The notes: generated by a model not told the origin, from the sequence alone. Numbered from the stretch's first letter, positions 49,725 through 62,865 are shown. The stretch: 64,000 nucleotides of DNA from Octopus vulgaris (GCA_951406725.2 OX597829.1:18414001-18478000); one strand, 5' to 3'. Numbers and translations: made by a program.

Positions 49725-51022
49725 CAATTTATTGACAGAACATTGTCAGCATGAACACTTTTCCTCTCCTCAGAATCACAAAGAGAAATATTCTCACACA
49801 CATAAACAGAGAGACAGCAAGGAGAGGGACGGAGAGAACTAGAGAAACATTGACAGGAGAAAAAAAACCCCACTAAAATACCTGATGTCAAATAAGTCAG
49901 CATCAAAGCAGCAATGGCAAACAGGCAACACCAAACCAGCTATGCCAAAATTTTCCGTGGCCAAAATGAAGGGCTTCTCCCAACCGGTATTCTGAGATGT
50001 CATTGCTTATTTATGTTTCTCCACCTTTTTCCTTTCTATAGGGAAATAACTTTGATGTTTTTACTGTTCACAACACACACAGAGAAAAGGAAAGAACAGC
50101 TCAAACTGGAGTGAAACTTCTTGATCTCTGAGTAATATTATTTCAGGGATCCTTCAAAGGAACCCCATTTCAGCTATATGTAATTCATGATGATGCTCTA
50201 CCTGTCACTACCCAACATTTATGACCAACATTCTAACCGAGCAAGCCCACCTAGTTCAACAGCATTTCTTTTCTTTCTCTCATCACTTCTACCATGTCAT
50301 TAGACAGGATTTTCAATCTTTGTTCCTTCACCACATAATTGCAGTACTCCTCCAAAAACCCTTGGTTTTCTTTTTTATACCCATCCATGTTTTGCTAACA
50401 TGTGTTTTTTTATGAAGTTATAGAACCACAAACTGGACATCAGCTATCAGGGAGATTTAGTTTATAAGGGTCACAAGCTCTTCCCTTTTTCAAACTAAAA
50501 AAAAAACACAAAAAAACCCTACTTTGTTGAGGATTTCCTTCCTATTTAAATTATCTACATGTCTTTTCGACCATTTCCCATGATTTTATTCATTAAATTT
50601 TCAGAAGATCTTACAACTTTGATCATCATAACACTTTGCTTTCATTTGTTTAATAAAAATTCCTCCTCCTCATGATTTTGCTTTCATTTCCTGATTGCTA
50701 AACTCCAGAAAACTCCAGCTATCATGCAGAAATCGCCAGTTTCCAAATCTTGTTTTCTGATTAGGTAAAACTGATTAGACTTTAAATCTCAGTAACATTT
50801 TTCTGCAATTTTTCTGGAACAAATAAATAACAAAATTGGATTTAACATGGAAAATTATTTCAAAATACCAAATTTGGAAATTTTGACATAATTTTAAAAT
50901 CTCACAATATGTGACAGCAACAGGGAAGACCCTACAAAAGTAGGGAGACAGAAAATTATAGGATGTGATACACACACACATTTACAAACATACGTACAGG
51001 TTTAAAATGGTGTATAGCAGAC

Positions 51023-51053
<31 letters not shown>

Positions 51054-51384
51054 TGTATGTATGTATGTATGTACGTGTGTGTGTGTGTCTATGTGTGAGT
51101 GCTTCTTTGTGATGGACAGCAGAAAAGCTGCCTGCCCCCTCTCTCCTTAAAACTATATATTCCTCACACCCACTTTTCTATGTGTGTATGTGTGTGTGTG
51201 TATTGTATCTATGTATTTATGAAAGTATGTATGCAGCATCCCCTGTATATGACAGCTGTGATAACATTATCATCCCATTGCCACCATTGTTCTTGCCTTC
51301 ACTGATATAAGTCACCCTCTCTCTCTTACTACCTTTCCCACAGACATACTTTTTGTAACCTTCTCATTTTATCATATAATTCAC

Positions 51385-51550
51385 CCAACGCCTCTAGGGG
51401 GCATATTATAGATTTGTATTGAAATCCAATTAGCCTATTATTGAACTGGATGTTAGTTTAACATATATGCAAAGTTTCGTGAAAATTGGTTCACTGGTTT
51501 AGGCACTAAGATGGTAACAAACAGACAGAAATTACTATTTATATATTAGA
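51385..51550 (-). mobile_element. Helitron-like non-autonomous element, 5' portion
   Basis: A|TCTAATATATAAA..CTGTCTGTTTGTT start on minus strand; 3' CTAG/hairpin not found. Confidence 0.35.
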
Positions 51551-52430
51551 TTTACTACTGGCTTCTGTCTTCTAAATCCACATGCAAGGCTCTGGCCAGC
51601 CTGGAGCTATAGTAGAAGACACTTGCCCGACATTTTACACAGTTTGACAGAACTCGGAACCATGTGGTTGGGAAGCAAACTTCTTATAATACATTCTCAT
51701 TTGTACACCATTTTATACTCTATAACTTTTTTTAACAATTAATTCTACACTGATATTTGTTTCCATGCCAACTGACTAGTTCAACAAAACACAAAAAATA
51801 CAGGATATTGAAGAAAAGAGGAAATGGAAGACAGAAAGAGATTGGTGAATAGATTGAGCTATTTTAAATGGTTTTTGTCAGTGTGTGCAATTTAGAAACT
51901 TAAGACATCAGTAATTTGATGATACAAAACACACATATATGCATGCATGCATGCATATATGTGTGTTTTGTATAACATGCACATGTTTTGTATAACATGC
52001 ACATATAGTTACATGCATGCACACACCTTATTTTGAGTGCAAACAATGACTTTAAGCTGAAGAGAACCCTATACTTCCTATACTTCAGAAGAGATCATAT
52101 GATCAAATACGATCTGTTGCATTCTACTCTACATACTCAGTGCATGTAAATAACACTATCCAATATTTTAGCTTGCTGTAATTGTAATTGTCTATATTGA
52201 TAAGTATCTAATATCCTTCAGGTTTTTTTTGTTTGTTTCTTTTTTTCTTTTCCATTTTTTTTTTTATAAGTGAATGCATTTTTGTGTTATGTATAGTATT
52301 GCAAGACTACACTCGCACAAATATGTACATATACACACAAAGTCGACATGAACTGACACATTACACATTAAAGCTATACTTGATTAAAATGGGTTTTTTT
52401 TTGTTTGTTTTTTTTTTTTTGTTGTTGCAG

Positions 52431-52462
52431 TTCTTTCTATTGGACTTGCAGATGTCATTGCG
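52431..52462 (+). other. Candidate 32-nt exon
   Basis: Long T tract-TTGCAG|TTCTTTCTATTGGACTTGCAGATGTCATTGCG|GTAACA; one frame reads LSIGLADVIA. Confidence 0.25.
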
Positions 52463-53184
52463 GTAACATAATAGCATCAGAATATTATATTGCAGCTTTA
52501 TGGAATTGGGTTTAAATAAAATATCAAAGTCCTTTGTATATTCAAAGCTAGTTATATCCAACCTATGCTAGCTTGGAATACCAACATTAAATGAGGATGA
52601 GTGAATTGGTAAAGTGATTGCAGCGTGAGATAAAATGTATTTGGTAATTATTCTGGTGCCTTGTATTTTAGATTCAAATCTTGTCAAGGTCAGCTTTGTC
52701 TTTCATTCTTCCAGAGTTGATAATAAAAAAAAATTACCATTCCGGAGGGAGGTAAATGGGTGGAAAATGTTAGAGTGTCATATAGGCTGTGTTGTGGGAT
52801 TACTTCTGATGCTTTGCATTCTGAACTCAAATCCTGCTGTGGTCTGCTTTGGTAGCAGGCTTAATCCATTATCCAATTTAACACCACTGCTTGAATCCTA
52901 AGTGCTTTAACAGAATCATCCATTTGGTCGCAAACATCCAAGCTTAGGTCAATGGAGGACAACTTCCTCCTTTTCACCCCCTTTTCTTTTTTATCCAGGA
53001 AATCGACTTAATTCTTTAGGTTGAGCCAACCAGCAGAAGACCAAGGAATAGATCAAGAAGGAGATGCTTGGATAATATTCATAATCACTTTTTAAGGTTG
53101 TCTCTACAGATTGTCTACAATTACCCAGAACCAGCTCTGAGATTTATGACATTTCATTTACGAATATGTATACATAAATAAGCC

Positions 53185-53615
53185 AAGTGAGACCATAGCC
53201 GTGGCCTCTGCCAGTGTCACATAACTGGCCCATTTAAGAGCACCCTTCAATCATTGGGCAATGTACTGTGCTTGAGAAGACCTGTTGAGTCAAACGAAAT
53301 TGTTGTCATGGCCAATGCCAGTACCGCCTGACTGGCACCCATGCCAGTGGCATATAAAAAGCACCATTCAAGCATGGCCAATGCCAGTGCCACCCGACGA
53401 GCTACCATGTTGGTGGCATGTAAAAAGCACCATATGAGCGTGGCTGATGCTAGTGCCACCTAACTGGTTCTGTGCCAGTGACACGTAAAAAGTACCATTC
53501 AAGCGTGGTCATTGCCAGTGCCATCTGACTGGCTTCCATGCTGTTGGCACATAAAAAGCATCCATTACCTTCTCTGAGGAAAGCGGACATTAAACAATGA
53601 TGATTATGATGATGA
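53185..53615 (+). mobile_element. RTE-related 3'UTR copy (older subfamily)
   Basis: Four GGCA..TAAAAAGCACC-like modules; GGACATTAAACAATGATG tail. Confidence 0.7.
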
Positions 53616-53657
53616 AGCAATGTGATTCAAATATTGAAAAATAGGTAATAGGTAATG

Positions 53658-54132
53658 AAGGTGGTGAGCTGGCAGAAACATTAGCACACCGGGCGAAATG
53701 CTTAGCAGTATTTTGTCTGCTGCTACGTTCTGAGTTCAAATTCCGTCAAGGTCAACTTTGCCTTTCATCCTTTCGGGGTCGATAAATTAAGTACCTATTT
53801 CTTTACTACCCACAAGGGGCTAAACACAGAGAGGACAAACAAGGACAGACAACGGATTAAATCGATTATATCGACCCCAGTGCATAACTGGTACTTAATT
53901 TATCAACCCCGAAAGGATGAAAGTCGGCCTCGGCGGAATTTGAACTCTGAACGTTACGGCAGACGAAATACGGCTACGCATTTCGCCCGGCGTGCTAACG
54001 GTTCTGCCAGCTTGCCGCCTTTCGGGGTCGATAAATTAAGTAGCAGTTATGCACTGGGGTCGATATAATCGACTTAATCCCTTTGTCTGTCCCCTCTGTG
54101 TGTAGCCCCTTGTGGGCAGTAAAGAAATAAGA
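53658..54132. mobile_element. SINE family B (minus, 53796-54020) inserted in a plus-strand family B copy
   Basis: CTTTCGGGGTCGATAAATTAAGTA duplicated at 53770-53793 and 54019-54042. Confidence 0.85.
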
Positions 54133-54529
54133 AAAATAGGTAATGGGTATATATGCATACTTCAGTTCTTGCTCCTTCTTCAGACCACATCCCACCCATT
54201 GACCATAAACAAGCACATTGCTAACACAGGTGGGATGAAGCTCCAGTTCGTATCTGAGCACCAGGTTCATCAGTTTCTATCCTCGGATCGGATAGTGTTT
54301 GTGCTGAAAGTGATTTTGGAGTCCAAGTCAGTGGTGAAAGAGTCATGGGCAGAATTCACACAGGATGGTCAGTGTGGGTCAACTTATAAGCCTTTAACAT
54401 ACTTTGTAGTATGCAATAGTTGCAAATAGAAATCATCATGAACAGATGGTGCTTTTATGTGCTACCGGCACGGGGGCCAGGCGAGGCTGGCAACGGAGTA
54501 TCCATAATGGCAATTAATATCTAATCACA

Positions 54530-54745
54530 CGAAGTGGTGTGCTGGCAGAATCTTTGGGATGCCAGGCAAAATGCTTAGTCGCAGGCATTTCATCCATCTT
54601 CAGATTCTTAGTTCAAATTCTGCCGAGGTCAACTTTGCCTTCCATCCTTTCGGGGCCGATGAAATAAGTACCAGTCATGCTTTGGGGTCAATGTAATTGA
54701 CTTACCCTTGTCCTGAATTTGTTGGCCTTGTGTCAAAATTTTAAA
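54530..54745 (+). mobile_element. SINE family B (older)
   Basis: AGTTCAAATTCTGCCGAGGTCAACTTTGCCTTCCATCCTTTCGGGG. Confidence 0.7.
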
Positions 54746-55030
54746 CAAATATCTGTATTCATATTAGCCACACTAGGGAATCTAACCAGAAAGTCTTATG
54801 GCGGCTGCTTCTAAGAGAATTCTATGGAGGAAGTGCCTGAAGATGCAACCCCTACAGCCTTCCCAGAAATAGGGAAATGAGAAAATGGTTGGCTGGATAA
54901 CACCCACAGGGGCCACACATCAGCTTGGGCCACAACACACTCCAGCCCCTAATATGTCTCATCACTACTGTCTTTCCTGCTGCTTTTGCAATGGCCTTGC
55001 TAAACCATTGCTCCACTTAATCCATACTCT

Positions 55031-55264
55031 TATTTCTTTATTGCCCACAAGGGGGCTAAACATAGAGGGGACAAACAAGGACAAACAAAGGAATTAAGTA
55101 AATTACACCGATCCCAGTGCATAACTGGTACTTAATTTATGGACCCCGAAAGGATGAAAGGCTAAGTCAACCTCGGCGGAATTTGAACTCAGAACGTAAA
55201 GATAGACGAAATACCACTAGGCATTTTGCCAGCGTGCTAACATTTCTGCCAGCTCGCCGCCTTC
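55031..55264 (-). mobile_element. SINE family B
   Basis: TSD AATCCATACTCT. Confidence 0.85.
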
Positions 55265-56061
55265 AATCCATACTCTCCCACCTTTCCATATCCAAGTACA
55301 GCATTAATCTTCACACTCAATCCTTCTTCCCCTAGAGTGCTACCCTTCTGGAATTCTATCCCTGCCACTTACACATATCCTACAGATGTCAGCTTATAGA
55401 TATTCAGCATCAACGTCAAATGTATTAATTCTGCCATTATTGAAAGGCCTGTCAAGGTCATGGGCACAACATTCTCCTCTCTTGTATAAATTAAATGAAG
55501 AAAATAAAATCATTATCATAAATCAATGAATCTGGTCAGTTCTACAAAATTACTGGCATGAATCTAACAGTGACTCACTGTTACCACTTGAGAGAACAAA
55601 CAAAAAAAAAGAAAAAAGAAAAAAAAAACAAAAAAATTATCTTCTGAGTGGAAGATAATTTGAACTGTTCAATATCAGAGGATATTTTCCAATCATTACT
55701 GAAGCATTCATTGATTGATCTTAGTATAATATTTCTGCAATCAAATGCAATATTTAGACTTCTTCTGGTTATTGTTCTTATTGTTCTTAATCTGATTAGT
55801 AAACTCATAATGCTCACCAGAACAGATTGAATCTCAGAATGAATACAACTAATATCATTATTAGATGGTAAAATCATTAACATGCCAGACAAAATTCTTA
55901 TTAACTTTACCATTTATCCTATCAGGGTCAATGAAATGAGTAACAGTTCAACACTGGGGTCAACGTAATCAGTTAATCCCCTACAACCAAAAATTTCAGA
56001 CCCTGGGCCTATATTAGAAATGATTACTCCAATTATTATTATTATCATTATTATTATTATT

Positions 56062-56610
56062 ATTGAGTGAGAGAGCAGTACATGCCATCAAAGTGACACT
56101 GGGGTAAAATATATGATGCACAGTATACCCAGCCTGACTACCTGTCTTATAAGGGTACACGCATCACAACCATATGTGCACGACATGGTGATCTCATATC
56201 AAGCTAAACAGCACATGACCTTGCAGGTGGGGCCCAGTTAGAATTTTCTTCAGGTTGAGTAGCCCATCCTGCTCAAAAGGTCCCTGAATAAGGGTTGTTT
56301 AAGGATGTTGAATGAAACACCCATGTTTCCAGAGGTGAATTATTCAAACCCCAAAGAATCCCTCTCAACACATGGCTATGATGCTCCACCATTACTTCTG
56401 CTCGTGATCAGAGATGCACATATCATCAGCCACTATGAGGACATGCTCAACTGGTTAAGGTCAAACAACTGACAAGCAAATTTGTGATATTGAGCAGAAT
56501 ATTTGCTGTAGTCCATCTTTTATACCAAGACAAAACAATGTACATGATAACACTTCCAATCAGTTAAGATCAGAAGCCATGAGAGCCACTGCCTGGTACT
56601 GCATCAGGGC
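56062..56610. mobile_element. ~550-bp insertion between (ATT)n tracts, possibly the 3'UTR of a TAA-targeting Dong/R4-type LINE
   Basis: Flanked on both sides by (TAT)n; no ORF. Confidence 0.4.
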
Positions 56611-56629
56611 TATTATTATTATTATTATT

Positions 56630-56836
56630 AAGGCAGTGACCGGGCAGAATCATTAGGACAGAAGACAAAGTGCTTAGCAGCATTTCATCCATCTTTATGC
56701 TCTGAGATCAAATTCTACCAAGGTCAACTTTGTCTTTCATCCTTTCAAGGTCAATGAATTAGTACCAGTTGTGCACTGCAGTTGATGTAACTGACACCCC
56801 CAGAATTTCAGGTCTTGTGCCTATATTGGAAAGGAT
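56630..56836 (+). mobile_element. SINE family B (older) with (ATT)n tail; another copy at 57298-57533
   Basis: Diverged match to 33737-33964. Confidence 0.7.
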
Positions 56837-56853
56837 TATTATTATTATTATTA

Positions 56854-57283
56854 CTAGCTGGCCCCATGCCGTAAAAAATGACGGCTAATTGTAGTATTTT
56901 ATATATAAATATGGATGGGAAATCAAATTAATACACTTGTCATTGTTATCTTGTGGTTGTCTTTTGAGATGTGACATCAATCATTGTTTGTTACTAAAAG
57001 AATGCTAGCTCACATATACAAACAATCACACACTTCCCTTGTACGCACACACATACTCACAGAGTTGAAACGCTGTTTGATTTTTCTTTTCAGCGTTGAA
57101 TGTTAACCATCCCACTTCCATTGTACACATACACACACAAACATTCACATATCTCCCTTTTTACATACACACACATATTCTCAAAGTTGAAACACAGTTT
57201 GATTTTTTTTTTCCTTATTCACCCCTTCCTTTCTCATTCATACGTTGTGACAGAGAAAGACACAAGAGTATTATTATAGTAGA
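56854..57283 (-). mobile_element. Non-autonomous Helitron (430 bp)
   Basis: Minus strand A|TCTACTAT...GCCGT-CATTTTTT-ACGGC hairpin 10 nt before CTAG|T; inserted at AT with no TSD. Confidence 0.75.
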
Positions 57284-59079
57284 TTATTATTATTATTAAG
57301 GTGGCCAGCTGGCATAATCATCAGCACTCTGGCTGAAATGCTAAGCAATATTTCGCCATACGAAATGCTTTGTGGTATTTCACTCATCATTACTTTCAAA
57401 TTCCACTGAAGTTGACTTTGCCTTCCATCTTTTTGGGGTTGCTAATTTAAGTACCAGTGAAACACTGGGGTCAATGTAATCGACTAGTACTCTCCCCTCA
57501 AATTTCAGGTCTTATGTCTTCAGTAGAAAGATTGTTGTTATTATTATTATTATTATATATAAAAGCTATTACACGCTAATTACATTAGCATGTTTATAAT
57601 CCTGAGGTTTGGTGGCAACAACTCTCCTCAAATCTCAAGAGACCTCCTTACAGTTCATGCAGAATATAGGATTGCACTTTTCTACAATATGTATCTCATT
57701 TCTAATATCCTTCAGCCTCTTCGGACATTGCACAGTGTACACCAATTACTGCAGGAATAATCACCACTTTGCATCTCCCTGTTTAAGTTCTGATGCTTCT
57801 CAATTTCTTTGGTATCTACTCTACTATGATATAGCATTGCAAAGTCTGTGATCCTTTTTCTCTTTTCTACAGTCATATTGGGTCTCCTTGCTTCAATAAT
57901 TTGTTTAGTGTTTATGGAGAAACCCCATAAAATCAAGCTTCCAACTGTGTTCATATTACTTTTCTATCACTTCAAATTAACAAATTTCAATGCACATTTT
58001 CATGTTTGTATTTATACTCTTTTTGCACTAGCTTACTGCATTCACTTATGAAATGTTTAATACTTTCACCTCCTTTTCCACAAATTCTACATTTGCTCCT
58101 TGACTGGGTTTTATCAATCTTTGTTTATTATCACATACATTCTAATGACTTGTTCCTGAGCAATTTCTCATTTCAGATGTTGAAAGTAACATCCTTGATC
58201 TGTGCTTGTCATTTCAACAATTTGTCCTGTTCTTGAATTCTCTAGATGTTTCAGTGACTTCTTTGATATTTCTGGTTACACACAATATTCTCTCCTCACT
58301 ATGCACAACATAGTTTACCAAATCCAAAATCACAGCCCTAATGGTATCTTCTGTAATTTACAAACCTCTGCCTCCTTCCCTTCTTGGTAAAGAGAACCAG
58401 TCATTATTATTAGGGTGAAGGCAGTGAGCTAGCAGAACTGTTATAATGCCAGGCAAAACGCTTAACAGCATTCCATCAAACCTTAGTCACAATTTATGTT
58501 CCTAATACTAGCTCCATGATAGCTAAGTTATTTTACTAAATTTTTTGTTATATTTAAAATTAATTGAAAGAAACACAGAGCATCTCAAAATAAATACAGT
58601 AATGAAAGAGTTAAGACATTACCTTCAAATAGTTTTGCTTCAAGCTCCTTCCAAATCCTTGTGAAGACTCTTTCTCAATTTTCATTTCATTTCTTTATCA
58701 TCATGCCACACCTTTAGGTATTTCTTATCCTTCATTACCTTTTAGTAATCTAATGATATCATCTTGTGGTATCTTTACACCTTCAGATTAAATTTTCAAA
58801 CTCCCTTCATAATGAAAACTGCACACTTATCTACCCATCCAAACTATAAATGATTTTACTGTTCAGACAAGAGAAACCAATTTTTTTTCATTTCTGATGT
58901 ATAGTTTGAGGTCATCCCTATGCAGCAAGTGATATATTTTTCACCTTGGTCTTAGCAAGCTCGTAAGTAGGACCAGACTTAATTGTTATGCATTTCAGAG
59001 GAAACGATGCCTTCACAAAATGTAATAGAGGGAACAGAGTGTCAAGGTCACATCCCTTGCTGAAGTGGATTGGCCTAAA

Positions 59080-59335
59080 AGGATCCTCTGCTAGTGCCAA
59101 GTTTAAGCGCTTGTGCTGGTGGCATGTTAAAAGCACCCAACACACTCTATAAAGTGATTGATGTTAGTTAGGAAGGGCATCCAACCATAAACACCATGCC
59201 AAATCAGACTGGAACATGGTGCAGCCTCCCAGCATGGAAAATAGACGTGAAAGGATGATGATGATGATGGTGATGGCGATGGCGATGATGGTGATGATGA
59301 TGATGATGATAATGGTGATGATGATTGATGATGAT
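59080..59335 (+). mobile_element. RTE tail copy; a minus-strand copy lies at 60935-61190
   Basis: GGTGGCATGTTAAAAGCACCC..GGAAGGGCATCC..(GAT)n. Confidence 0.7.
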
Positions 59336-59420
59336 TCTCAATGAAATACTTTCCAGTGTATTTTCACACTTCCTAATGATTCTCTTCTGCAGTTTAAGTT
59401 CCACTTCCTACAATCTCATC

Positions 59421-60698
59421 TGTCACTCCATCGGTTATGATGACGAGGGTTCCAGTTGTGCCAATCAACGGAACAGCCTGCAGATGAAATTAACGTGTAA
59501 GTGACTGAGCAACCCACAGACACATGTACCCTTAATGTAGTTCTCAGGAATGTGACAAGGTTGGTCCTTTGAAATACAGGTACAAATAATTTTTGCCAAC
59601 TGAGTAGACTGGAACAATGTGAAATAAAGTGTCTTGCTCAAGGATACAATGTGTTACCAAGTATTAAACTCAGGACCTAACAACCATGGGCCTAATACCC
59701 CTAACCATTAAGCCATGCATCTTCACAAAGGGGGTTCCAGTTGATGATTGACCAAACAGCCTGCTTGTGAAATTATTGTGCAAGTGGCTGAGTACTCCAC
59801 AGACACGTGTACCTTCAACGTAGTTCTCAGGGAGATTCAGTATGACACAGAGTATTACAAGGCTGGCCCTTTGAATTACAGGTACTACTCATTTTTGCCA
59901 GTTGAATGGACTGGACCAATGTGAAATAAAGCATCTTGCTCAAGGATACATCATGTTGCCAGGAATTGAACTCATGACCTTATGATTGTGAGCCAAATAC
60001 ACCTAACCATTAAGCATTGCACCTTTATTGAATCATTACTTCTGGCACTCTGTTGGTTACAACGATGAGGGTTCCAGTTGATCCAATCAACGGAACAGCC
60101 TGCTCATTAAATTATTGTGCAAGTGGCTGAGCACTCCACAGACATGTGTAACCTTAACATGGTACTTAAGGAGATTCAGCATGACACAGAGAGTGACAAG
60201 GCTGGCCCTTTTGAATTACAGGTACAACTAATTTTTGCCAGCTGAGTGGACTGGAGCAACGTGAAATAAAGTGTCTTGCTCAAGGATACAATGTAGTCCT
60301 GGGAATCGAACGCATGACCTTATGATCATGAGCTGAATACCCCTAACCCTTAAGCCATGCACTTTTATTCCAATATTATTTCTGGCATTGTTGGTTACAA
60401 TGAAGCTTCCTGTTGATCAAATCAACGGAACAGCCTGCTCATGGAATTAACATGCAAGTGGCTGAGTACTCCACAGACATATGTATCCTTGATGCAGTTC
60501 TCAGGGAGATTTAGTATGACTGAGAATGTGACAAGGCTGGGCCCTTTGAAATACAGGTATGACTAATTTTTTCCAGCTGAGTGGACAGGAGCAACGTGAA
60601 ATAAAGTGTCTTGCTCAAGGACACAACACATCACTGGAAATTGAACTCACAACCTTACAATTGTGAGCCAAATACCCTAACCACTAAGCCACGTGCCA
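59421..60698 (-). mobile_element. Four head-to-tail copies of tRNA-derived SINE family C
   Basis: Units ~59421-59727, 59728-60025, 60040-60365, 60380-60698; minus-strand head TGGCTTAGTGG (A box) and GAGTTCAATTTCC / GTTCGATTCCC (B box). Confidence 0.85.
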
Positions 60699-61575
60699 TC
60701 ACTGCAATCTCATCACCTTTCCTAAAAAAAAAAACCCAAGAAACTATTAAACATTTCTGGACACTGAATGTCATGAGACACCCTGAAAGCCAAGAAGTGT
60801 GGAATGTTATTGTGTTTGCTTGTAGAGTATCCAACCAACAGCTAAGTTCTTTATTTTGTATTTCGCTTAGTATCATTCAACCAATATACAACAGACCAAC
60901 GGTTCCCCTTGTGTTTTCTCTGCATACTTTTGATCTTCATCATCATCATCATCACTATCACATAATGTCTGTCTTCCATGCTGGCCAGTTTCACAGGAAC
61001 AGCAACGTCAGAAGATTTCAGCAAGCTCTACAGTCAGCCCTTCCTAATGCCAACCCTCTTTATCGAGTGCACTGGGTGCTTTTTACATGGCACCAGTAGC
61101 AGTGAGATGACCAAGTAACTTACAGGACAACACCCCACTCAATTAGAGTCGGGTAGTATTGAGGAACAGAAGGGTGTCTTGCATTAGAAAGGGAGATATC
61201 ACTAACTAAATTCTCCATCTCCAGAAACCCATACAGTTCACCAGCTATATGGTCCCTTAGCAATTCCCAGAGTAATGTAAGTATGTAGTAGGCACATTAT
61301 TAATGATTTTCTCTTACTTTTTTACCCTTTTATTCTTCTGTATTAACTCTATCCTTTCTTTTGTAATGCTAATGCTCCGTTTTCTCAACAATCAGTAAGA
61401 AACAGTTGCATGCTGGTGAGATTTTAAGTCGGAATCCCAGAATACCATTGGGTCTGTAGCTTTCCAGTTAGGTATCTTTTTAAGCATCCTTTTTACTTTC
61501 TCTTCTGTGATATTTATATTTTCATCTTGAGTTATTTTCACTTTCACTTTTAAACTCCTGTACTTAATGTATATA

Positions 61576-62438
61576 CGAGGTGTATGAGTCAAAACGTATC
61601 CAGCCTTTGGCTAAAAAACAAGTAATATTAAAAAAAAACTCACCATTTTTGATTTAGTCTTCTTCAAAGTATTCGCCTTAAGAGTCTACACACTTCTGCC
61701 AATGTTCTTGCCACTGCTGGAAACAGTTCAGGAAATCACTTTTTGGGATGCTGTAGAGCTGTGCTGTCAAATTTTGCTTAATGTCTTCTGTTGACTCAAA
61801 TCTCCCTCCAAGTGTTTTTTTTTTTTTTTTAAAGCTTTGGGAAGAGCCAAAAGTCACATAGAGCCAAGTCTGAGAAGTAGGAAGCCTGATGAACAAGTGA
61901 TGTGTTTTGCTTGATGAGGAATGCTTAGATGACATTGTGGGCGGAATGAACTGACTGAACTGAACTAACCCATAGCTGATTCCAACTTTGGCAACAATCT
62001 CCTCAATAGCCTCACATGACAGTCTTCAAACCTTTGCAATTATTTCGTCGTTTCTGCTAGTCAATGATCTACCACAACATGGCTCACTCTCCACTGAGGT
62101 ATGGTCATCTTTGAACCAGTTGTACTAATCCTTTATTTGTGTTTTTCCCATGCCTCATCTCCAAAGGCCTTCTGAATCTTCTCGATAGTCTGGGCTTGCG
62201 TATCACCAAGTTTGCTCAATGCACTCGGTCTTCTTGATTCAAAAAGAAAAATTGCACAGCACACTCTTCACATCTGTACTCAACAAATCACTGCAGGCAA
62301 ATGGCGCAACCTACTGAAACGAAAATTTCTGAGCATGTTCAAGAAGGACGCAACCACATAATACCCATGCAAATTTTACTAGAGTATTATTATTTTGTGC
62401 AAAAAAAATCAAGGTCGGATACTTCTGACTACACCTCC
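61576..62438 (-). mobile_element. mariner remnant (internally deleted)
   Basis: TA flanks; TIRs CGAGGTGTATGAGTCAAAACGTATCC / GGATACTTCTGACTACACCTCC; SDLALCDFWLFPKL, GGRFESTEDIKQN..CFQQWQEHWQKCV..GEYFE. Confidence 0.8.
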
Positions 62439-62787
62439 TACACCATTAATAGGCCAGTTACTGATGTAGTCATCCTAAAATAATAATTCTCATGGACATA
62501 CTGTGTTAAAAAACTCAAAGTATTGAAAGGAGACGAGGTTGCCTTAGATGGTTATTTTAATTTAATACTGCCGCAATTGCATGCACAGAATTTTTATTCA
62601 GCCAGGTGGCTGTTCACAACATCAGTGAATGTTAGTCATTGTTTCTTATATGAAAGGCAACAAATTCTCTTACAGGTATAGAAGCTGGCTGTGAGTACAC
62701 ACCACTGATAAGACCTAAAAAGGCTGAAATGCATCTGGCATTCTTGCTGGTCACTGCTGATGTGACATTTGACAGTACCACATGTCA

Positions 62788-62865
62788 CTAGCTGAGTAAA
62801 ACAGTGATATGATGTATACATTTCTTGTTGATATTATGACTTGGATGCACTGTTCTTTTGAAAGC
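62788..62865 (-). CDS. Putative terminal coding exon of an unidentified host gene
   Basis: TTTTTTTTTCATAG| phase 0: AFKRTVHPSHNINKKCIHHITVLLS*; AATAAA ~190 nt downstream (near 62595). Confidence 0.5.
   Translation of the reverse strand, partial: AFKRTVHPSHNINKKCIHHITVLLS

Larger units (their letters stand above)
57560..61560 (-). pseudogene. Ancient Dong/R4-clade LINE (RT + CCHC + restriction-like endonuclease), fragmented by nested insertions
   Basis: Collinear pieces: ITEEKVKRMLKKIPNWKA (~61460-61520), LLWELLRDHIAGELY (~61240), QKVCRENTRGT..SWLSGCL (60740-60930), ESLGSVKI (~59370), DDLKLY..DKCAV (~58900), LPRREGGRGL (~58390), CRICGKGGESIKHFISEC (~58060), ILWGFSI..EARRPN (~57900); (TAA)n at the 3' end. 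Confidence 0.75.

Noticed and set aside
50130-50780. Possible very old CR1/L2-type RT remnant on the minus strand
   Set aside because: Only faint motif resemblance; cannot be supported without alignment
53020-53100. Exon-like TTCTTTAG|GTTGAG..AAG|GT
   Set aside because: Translates SRRPRNRSRRRCLDNI, resembling a decayed RTE C-terminal RPRGRPRRRWLDNI motif
55581-55913. Overlapping 110-aa and 60-aa ORFs in unique AT-rich DNA
   Set aside because: No recognisable motif or convincing splice signals; consistent with chance
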